Below, piece after piece: positions 58,535 to 64,000 of a stretch of DNA of 64,000 bases. Positions within the stretch are counted from its first letter, which is position 1; the number at the start of each line of letters is the position of its first letter. The notes under the pieces are model-generated. The model did no database searches. It was given only the letters and a program-made list of their open reading frames with translations, and was not told where the DNA came from. Source of the stretch: Alphaproteobacteria bacterium (lineage in GTDB: Bacteria > Pseudomonadota > Alphaproteobacteria > MPNO01); NCBI GenBank assembly GCA_964291675.2, contig OZ219866.1:1312001-1376000 (forward strand), read 5' to 3'. The position numbers were made by a program, and so were the translations under genes.

Positions 58535-59533
58535 ATGGCCAAGGTGAACGAGCTCCGATCCCGGCCCGCGCGGGAAGCCGGCGATATCGCCGCCGCCCGG
58601 CGGGTGCTGGAGACCGAATGCGCGGGTCTCGCCGCCCTGGCGCGTTCGATCGATTTCAGCTTCGCCGACGCGGTGGACGCCATGGCGCGCGCGCACGACC
58701 GCGGCCGGGTGATCGTCACCGGCATGGGCAAGAGCGGCCATGTCGGACGCAAGATCGCCGCCACGCTCGCATCGACGGGAACGCCCGCGCAGTTCGTCCA
58801 TCCGGGCGAGGCGAGCCATGGCGACCTCGGAATGATCACCGCGCGCGATACCGTGCTCGCGCTGTCCAACTCGGGCGAGACGCCGGAGCTCTCCGACATC
58901 ATCGCCTATACCAGGCGGCACGCCATCCCGCTGGTGGCGGTGTGCGCGCGCGCGGACAGCGCGCTCGCCGGCGCCGCGGACGTGCTGATCCGGCTGCCCG
59001 AGGCCGACGAGGCCTGCCCGCTCAGCCTCGCGCCGACCACCTCGACGACAATGATGATGGCGCTGGGCGATGCGCTGGCGGTGGCCCTGCTCGACCGGGT
59101 CGGGTTCTCGCGCGAGGATTTCAAGCTGCGCCATCCGGGCGGCCAGCTCGGCAAGCGTCTGGTCAAGGTCGCGCGGCTGATGCACGAAGGCGACAGGATC
59201 CCGCTCGCCCGGCCGGACATCCGCATGGCCGACGCGCTGCTGATCATGACCTCGCACAGCTTCGGCTGCATCGGGCTGATCGACGCCGGGCGCCGGCTGG
59301 TCGGGGTGATCACCGACGGCGACCTCAGGCGCAATATGGGCGAGCGCCTGCTGGACAGGCCGGCGGGGGAGGTGATGACCGCGGCGCCGCGCACCGTCCC
59401 GCCCGACGCGCTCGCCGACCAGGCGCTCAGGGTGATGAACGAGAACGGCATCACCAGCCTGTTCGTGGTCGAGGACGGCCGCCCGGTCGGCATCCTCCAC
59501 ATCCACGACTGCCTGCGCGCGGGCGTCGACTGA
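58535..59533 (+). CDS. kdsD: Arabinose-5-phosphate isomerase (KpsF/GutQ family)
   Basis: GMGKSGHVGRKIAAT, HPGEASHGDLG, APTTST, HPGGQLG, CBS pair. Confidence 0.95.
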   Translation: MAKVNELRSRPAREAGDIAAARRVLETECAGLAALARSIDFSFADAVDAMARAHDRGRVIVTGMGKSGHVGRKIAATLASTGTPAQFVHPGEASHGDLGMITARDTVLALSNSGETPELSDIIAYTRRHAIPLVAVCARADSALAGAADVLIRLPEADEACPLSLAPTTSTTMMMALGDALAVALLDRVGFSREDFKLRHPGGQLGKRLVKVARLMHEGDRIPLARPDIRMADALLIMTSHSFGCIGLIDAGRRLVGVITDGDLRRNMGERLLDRPAGEVMTAAPRTVPPDALADQALRVMNENGITSLFVVEDGRPVGILHIHDCLRAGVD

Positions 59534-59539
59534 GCGGCC

Positions 59540-60169
59540 ATGGCGGCGATCGCCCCGACCCGGATCGAGCGCGGCTACTCCCGGTTCGTCGCGGTGATGA
59601 AGGTGGCGCTGCCGCTCGGCGCGGCGGCGGTGGTCATCCTCCTGTTCTCGTGGTCCAGGCTGTATGACATGCCCAAGCGGCTGCAGATCGGCGCGACCAG
59701 CTTCAGCGTCTCGGAGTCGACCAGCGGGCACCGGATGATCAATGCGCGCTATACCGGCACGGATCGCAACGACAACCCCTATACCCTGGCCGCGGAGTCG
59801 ATCGTCCAGCAGAAGCCCGAGCTCGACCGGGTCACCCTCAACCGGCCCGAGGCCGACTTCACCACGGCGGACGGCACCTGGGTCGCGGTCGCGGCCGCAA
59901 GGGGCGCGTTCGTCCGCGAGGCCCAGCGCGTCGAGCTGCGGGGGAATGTCAGCCTGTATCACGACTGGGGCTACCAGTTCCTCACCGACGAGGCGACGAT
60001 CGATTTCGCCCAGGCGACCGCCTGGGGCGACGCGCCGGTAAACGGCACCGGGACGTGGGCCGACATGGAGGCGGCCGGGTTCCGCATCACCCGCCAGGAC
60101 AGCCGGCTGAAATTTTCCGGCCCGGCCCGCCTGGTGCTCTACTCCAACCCGAAGGAACAGCGGCCATGA
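59540..60169 (+). CDS. lptC: LPS export protein LptC
   Basis: N-terminal TM (YSRFVAVMKVALP), NARYTGTD, LRGNV; lies between kdsD and lptA. Confidence 0.82.
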   Translation: MAAIAPTRIERGYSRFVAVMKVALPLGAAAVVILLFSWSRLYDMPKRLQIGATSFSVSESTSGHRMINARYTGTDRNDNPYTLAAESIVQQKPELDRVTLNRPEADFTTADGTWVAVAAARGAFVREAQRVELRGNVSLYHDWGYQFLTDEATIDFAQATAWGDAPVNGTGTWADMEAAGFRITRQDSRLKFSGPARLVLYSNPKEQRP

Positions 60170-60981
60170 CCGGTCGGCTGGCGCCGGCGGTGCTGGCGGG
60201 GGTCGCGCTGGCCGCCCTCCCGGCGCTCGCGCAGACCGGCGGATTGCCGTTCCGCGACGGCTCCGGGCCGATCGAGATCGTCGTCGACGGCGGTGTCGAG
60301 TGGCAGCAGAAGGCGAAGACCTTCGTCGCGCGCGGCAACGCCCGCGCCCGGCAGGACGATGTGACGGTGCGCGCCGACGTGCTCACCGCGCATTACCGCG
60401 ACAGCGAGGACGGCGGCACGGAGATCTGGCGCATCGTGGCGGAGGGCGATGTCCGCATCGCCGCGCCGGATCGCACCGCCACCGGTGCGAAGGGGGAGTA
60501 CGACGTCGACAAGCAAGTGCTGGTCCTGACCGGGAAGCCGGAATTCGAACGCGGGGCCGACCGGATCACCGCCGACGACCGGCTGGAGTACTGGCAGGGC
60601 GCGCGGCGCGCGGTGGCGGTGGGCAACGCGACCGCGAAACGCGACGACCGGACCCTGAAGGCGGGAAGGCTGACCGCGACCTTCGCGGCGGACGGCGAGG
60701 ATGGCGAGCGCATCGAGCGCATCGAGGCTGTCGGAAATGTGATCTTCCGGTCGCCGAGCGAGGTATTGCGCGCCGACCGCGCGACCTATGATGTGGCGGC
60801 GGAGCGGATCGAGCTCGAGGGCTCGGTGTTCATCACCCAGGGACGCAACCAGTTGAAGGGTCAGGCGGCGGAGCTCGACCTGAAGACCGGGGTCAGCCGG
60901 ATGCATGGGGGAGCGGGCGGGGTGACGGGCGTGCTGGTGCCGGGGACGGTGGCCCGTCCCGACGGCGAGAACGGGCGATGA
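60166..60981 (+). CDS. lptA: LptA/OstA family protein with two jellyroll repeats
   Basis: Signal peptide, [14 protein letters not shown] and [18 protein letters not shown] repeats. Confidence 0.85.
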   Translation: MTGRLAPAVLAGVALAALPALAQTGGLPFRDGSGPIEIVVDGGVEWQQKAKTFVARGNARARQDDVTVRADVLTAHYRDSEDGGTEIWRIVAEGDVRIAAPDRTATGAKGEYDVDKQVLVLTGKPEFERGADRITADDRLEYWQGARRAVAVGNATAKRDDRTLKAGRLTATFAADGEDGERIERIEAVGNVIFRSPSEVLRADRATYDVAAERIELEGSVFITQGRNQLKGQAAELDLKTGVSRMHGGAGGVTGVLVPGTVARPDGENGR

Positions 60982-61760
60982 CGGGACGCGGACAGCCGGC
61001 CGGGGATGCCGGTCCCGCCCCGCGGCTGATCGCGCAATCGACCGGGCTGGAGGCCTTCTCGCTCGGCAAGCGCTTCCGGAAGCGTCCGGTGCTGCGCGAT
61101 GTCAATCTCAGGCTGGAACGGGGCGAGGCGGTCGGTCTGCTGGGTCCGAACGGCGCCGGCAAGACGACGTCGTTCTACATCCTGACCGGTCTGATCCAGC
61201 CCGACTCGGGGGTCGTCGCGCTGGACGGCAACGACATCACCCGGCTGCCGATGTACCGCCGCGCCCGGATCGGCATCGGATACTTGCCGCAGGAAGCCTC
61301 GATCTTTCGCGGGATGACGGTGGAGAACAATATCCGCGCGGTGCTGGAGGTCACCGAGCCCGCGCCCGACCTCCGCGAGGGCCGCCTAGAGGCGCTGCTC
61401 GGCGAGTTCTCGATCACCCATCTCAGGCGCACCCCGGCGCTGGCGCTGTCCGGCGGCGAACGGCGCCGGGTGGAGATCGCGCGGGCGCTGGCGAGCTCGC
61501 CGAGCTACGTCCTGCTCGACGAGCCCTTCGTCGGCATCGATCCCATCGCCGTGAGCGACGTCCGCGAGCTGGTCAGCCATCTCAAGGACCGCGGCATCGG
61601 CGTGCTGATCACCGACCACAACGTGCGCGAGACGCTCGACATCGTCGACCGAGCCTACATCCTGCATGACGGCCGCGTGCTGATGGAGGGCGCGCCTTCG
61701 CAGATCGTGGACGACGACGAAGTGCGGCGCGTCTATCTCGGCGAACGGTTCAGCCTGTAG
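60978..61760 (+). CDS. lptB: LPS export ABC ATPase
   Basis: [49 protein letters not shown]. Confidence 0.97.
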   Translation: MTGRGQPAGDAGPAPRLIAQSTGLEAFSLGKRFRKRPVLRDVNLRLERGEAVGLLGPNGAGKTTSFYILTGLIQPDSGVVALDGNDITRLPMYRRARIGIGYLPQEASIFRGMTVENNIRAVLEVTEPAPDLREGRLEALLGEFSITHLRRTPALALSGGERRRVEIARALASSPSYVLLDEPFVGIDPIAVSDVRELVSHLKDRGIGVLITDHNVRETLDIVDRAYILHDGRVLMEGAPSQIVDDDEVRRVYLGERFSL

Positions 61761-61853
61761 CGTCCCGGTTATCCCGGACTTATCCCCAGCGGGGGCGCGC
61801 GATATTGCGGATCCCCTGCAAAGGATGCAGACTCGCGCGCTGGTTTTCCGCTG

Positions 61854-61882
61854 TTGACTCGCGGGCGCGTCAACCATAAGTT
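61854..61882 (+). promoter_or_regulatory. Sigma70-type promoter for hpf-ptsN with overlapping inverted repeat
   Basis: TTGACT-N17-TAAGTT; GTTGAC-N10-GTCAAC at 61853-61874. Confidence 0.5.
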
Positions 61883-61965
61883 CCGCGCCCTCCGCAGCGG
61901 GGCGGGGCGCGGGGCGCGGCCGGAAGAGCCAAAGGGAGTGCGCCGGGGCTAGGGCGCGGAAGCGT

Positions 61966-62574
61966 TTGAAAATCGGACTCACCGGGCGTCGCATGGATGT
62001 GGGCGAGCGTCTTCGACGGCATGTCGAGACCCGTCTCAACGACGGCGTAGCAAAGTATTTCGACCAGGCGATGGAATCGCACGTGGTCTTCGAGCCGGAC
62101 GGGCCTCTGGTGCGGGCCGACATCTCGGTCCATGTCGGGCGCGGCATCCAGGTTCAGGGGCACGGCTCGGCCGGCGATGCGCAGAACGCGTTCGATCTGG
62201 CGATGGAACGGATCGCCAAGCGGCTCAGGCGCAACAAGCGCCGCCTGCGCGACCATCACCGCAAATCGGGCTCGGCGCGCCGCGACGATGCGCTGACCGC
62301 CCAGCATGTCATCCTGGCGGACCCCGCCGACCGGCCGGACGACGAGGCCGAGGGCGAGAACCCGGTGGTCGTCGCGGAGACCATAGCGGAAATCGATTCG
62401 ATGACGGTGAGCGAGGCGGTCATGCGCCTCGACCTCGCGGAACAGCCGGTGGTGGTGTTCCGCAACGCCGCCAATGGCGGGCTCAACGTCCTCTACCGCC
62501 GCGGCGACGGCAATCTCGGCTGGCTCGACCCGGCCGGCGCCGACGGGGCGGGGGCGACCCCGCGGAAGGGCTAG
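61966..62574 (+). CDS. hpf: Ribosome hibernation promoting factor (long HPF/RaiA family)
   Basis: TGRRMDVGE, KRLRRNKRRLRDH, PVVVAE..MTVSEAVMRLD..NVLYRRGDGNLGW. Confidence 0.93.
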   Translation: MKIGLTGRRMDVGERLRRHVETRLNDGVAKYFDQAMESHVVFEPDGPLVRADISVHVGRGIQVQGHGSAGDAQNAFDLAMERIAKRLRRNKRRLRDHHRKSGSARRDDALTAQHVILADPADRPDDEAEGENPVVVAETIAEIDSMTVSEAVMRLDLAEQPVVVFRNAANGGLNVLYRRGDGNLGWLDPAGADGAGATPRKG

Positions 62575-62575
62575 C

Positions 62576-63040
62576 ATGGAAATCGGCGATCTGCTGACCA
62601 GCGACCGCGTGGTGGACCGCCTGCCCGCGGCGAGCAAGAAACAGGTGATCCGGGAGATTTCCAGGCGCGCGGCGGCGGTCACCGGGCTCGACGAGCGCTC
62701 GGTGTTCAGCGTCCTCCTGGAACGCGAACGGCTCGGAACCACGGGCGTCGGCGAGGGCGTCGCGATACCGCATGGCAAGCTCCCCGACCTCGACGGTCTG
62801 TACGGTTTCTTCGCCAGGCTCGACCAGGCGATCGATTTCGAGTCCATCGACGAGCGGCCGGTCGACCTCGTCTTCCTGCTGCTGGCCCAGGAGGGGGCGA
62901 GCGCCGATCACCTCAAGGCGCTCGCCCGGGTCTCGCGGCTGATGCGCGATCCCGCCGTCCGCGACGGGCTGCGCCATGCCGCGGATGCCGGCGCGCTCTA
63001 CTCCATCCTCACCGCGAACGGCCGCGTCCGCGCCGCCTGA
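62576..63040 (+). CDS. ptsN: PTS IIA(Ntr)
   Basis: RERLGTTGVGEGVAIPHGK, PVDLVFLLL, HLKALARVSR. Confidence 0.95.
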   Translation: MEIGDLLTSDRVVDRLPAASKKQVIREISRRAAAVTGLDERSVFSVLLERERLGTTGVGEGVAIPHGKLPDLDGLYGFFARLDQAIDFESIDERPVDLVFLLLAQEGASADHLKALARVSRLMRDPAVRDGLRHAADAGALYSILTANGRVRAA

Positions 63041-63070
63041 GACGGTCCGACGCGCGCGCCGGGCGAGGGC

Positions 63071-63106
63071 CGTCCTTCGATACGCCCCGGATCGGGTCCG
63101 GGGGCG
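63071..63106. repeat. Partial copy of the REP-like element at 36736
   Basis: CGTCCTTCGATACG followed by a GC hairpin; matches the outer arm of 36736-36844. Confidence 0.5.
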
Positions 63107-63166
63107 ATCCGGCCATCCACGCCGCTCGCCGCCAGCCCTGAAAATTGCCGAACAAGAAAAAACCGC

Positions 63167-63195
63167 TTGACATGGGACGTGTTTTGTGGTAGGTT
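63167..63195 (+). promoter_or_regulatory. Near-consensus sigma70 promoter
   Basis: A-tract, TTGACA-N17-TAGGTT with TGn extended -10. Confidence 0.6.
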
Positions 63196-63212
63196 TGCCA
63201 TGCTCGCGAAAT

Positions 63213-63241
63213 GGGGCGCCGGAGATGCCGGCGCCTCTTTT
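63213..63241 (+). terminator. Intrinsic terminator
   Basis: GGGGCGCCGG-AGATG-CCGGCGCCTC hairpin followed by TTTTGCTT. Confidence 0.65.
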
Positions 63242-63262
63242 GCTTGCCCCGCCGGATACGCC

Positions 63263-63688
63263 CTAGGCGTCCGCGGCCTCGGCGCTGCGGATCTCGATCA
63301 CCGTCTCGCGGCGCGACGGAGGCGGCCGCGCGAGGTCGATATGGAGCAGGCCGTCGGTCAGCTCCGCGCCGGCGACCTCGATGCCTTCGGCGAGCACGAA
63401 GGAGCGCTGGAACTGGCGCGTGGCGATGCCGCGGTGGAGATAAACCCGGCCGTCGGAATCGGACTGCTTGCCCCTGATGGTGAGCTGCGAGGCCGCCACC
63501 GTGACCGCGAGTTCGTCGCGCCGGAAGCCGGCGACGGCGAGCGTGATGCGCAGCGCGTCGTCGCCCACATGCTCGACATTGTAGGGAGGATAGCCGTCGG
63601 CCGCGCTCTTCGAGACCCGGTCGAGCACCCGTTCGAGCTGGTCGAAGCCGAGCAGGAACGGGCTGTTGAAGACCGACATGCGCGTCAT
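63263..63688 (-). CDS. Hsp20 small heat-shock protein (IbpA-like)
   Basis: SPFLLGFD, YPPYNVE, LAVAGF, YLHRGIATRQF, GLLHIDL. Confidence 0.93.
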   Translation of the reverse strand: MTRMSVFNSPFLLGFDQLERVLDRVSKSAADGYPPYNVEHVGDDALRITLAVAGFRRDELAVTVAASQLTIRGKQSDSDGRVYLHRGIATRQFQRSFVLAEGIEVAGAELTDGLLHIDLARPPPSRRETVIEIRSAEAADA

Positions 63689-63762
63689 TGCGGACCTCCT
63701 CCTGGCGAGCGGGGCGCAGTCTCTTCCCGCCGGGTCCCGGAGGCCCCCGGCGGACCGGCCTG

Positions 63763-64000
63763 TCAGGCGCCGTGACCACGGATATGGGCCGCCCGGGCGG
63801 AGACGGCAAGGCCGGCGGCGCCCAGGGCGGGCTCGCGCGGCAGGGTGAGCGCGACGCGAAGACCGGGTCGGTTGTCGCCGAGTTCGAGGCTGCCGCCGTG
63901 GCGTTCGACCACCGCCGCGACCAGGCTGAGGCCGAGCCCGGCGCCGGGGGCGTTGCGCGACGCCTCGATGCGGAAGAAGCGCTCGGTCACGCGCCCCTTC
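63763..64000 (-). CDS. Sensor histidine kinase, C-terminal HATPase_c (partial, 5' end outside window)
   Basis: ERFFRIEASRNAPGAGLGLSLV..HGGSLEL..PGL. Confidence 0.85.
   Translation of the reverse strand, partial: KGRVTERFFRIEASRNAPGAGLGLSLVAAVVERHGGSLELGDNRPGLRVALTLPREPALGAAGLAVSARAAHIRGHGA
63782..63810 (-). promoter_or_regulatory. Candidate RpoH (sigma32) promoter for hsp20
   Basis: CTTGCC-N16-CCCATAT, resembling the alphaproteobacterial RpoH consensus; lies inside the kinase 3' tail. Confidence 0.55.

Noticed and set aside
61769-61788. TTATCCCGG/TTATCCCCA DnaA-box-like pair
   Set aside because: Mismatched, only two, and no origin context
63150-63164. Possible alphaproteobacterial SOS box (GAAC-N7-GAAC)
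   Set aside because: The second half-site reads AACC, not GAAC

Overview
High-GC alphaproteobacterial chromosomal DNA, probably Rhodospirillales-like judging by the gene orders ribF-ileS-lspA-DUF3035-M16-M16-mutL, thrS-infC-rpmI-rplT-pheS-pheT-lepA, gltD-gltB and tRNA-Leu-nrnC-kdsD-lptCAB-hpf-ptsN. Most of 13.7-64 kb is housekeeping. The accessory catabolic and transport genes lie at 1-13.7 kb and 32.2-36.7 kb. I see no integrase, transposase, CRISPR array, rRNA or defence system. The most notable observations are: (1) a 2109-bp tandem duplication of TRAP dctP-dctQ with diverged binding proteins that lack the conserved Arg, and a readable breakpoint; (2) an LvaC/LvaA/LvaB-like (ACAD10/11-type) module apparently co-transcribed with metY and an alpha/beta hydrolase, divergent from a DmdB/AlkK-like CoA ligase; (3) a 268-bp multi-stem element between a second dctP and dctQ that pairs with the dctQ RBS and start codon; (4) a near-consensus promoter followed about 40 nt later by a terminator (candidate tiny sRNA); (5) a PagP-like beta-barrel; (6) a 29-bp tandem duplication that frameshifts the NDUFA9-family gene; (7) no rpoN at its usual locus. 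All family calls come from motif recognition by eye, with no database searches.
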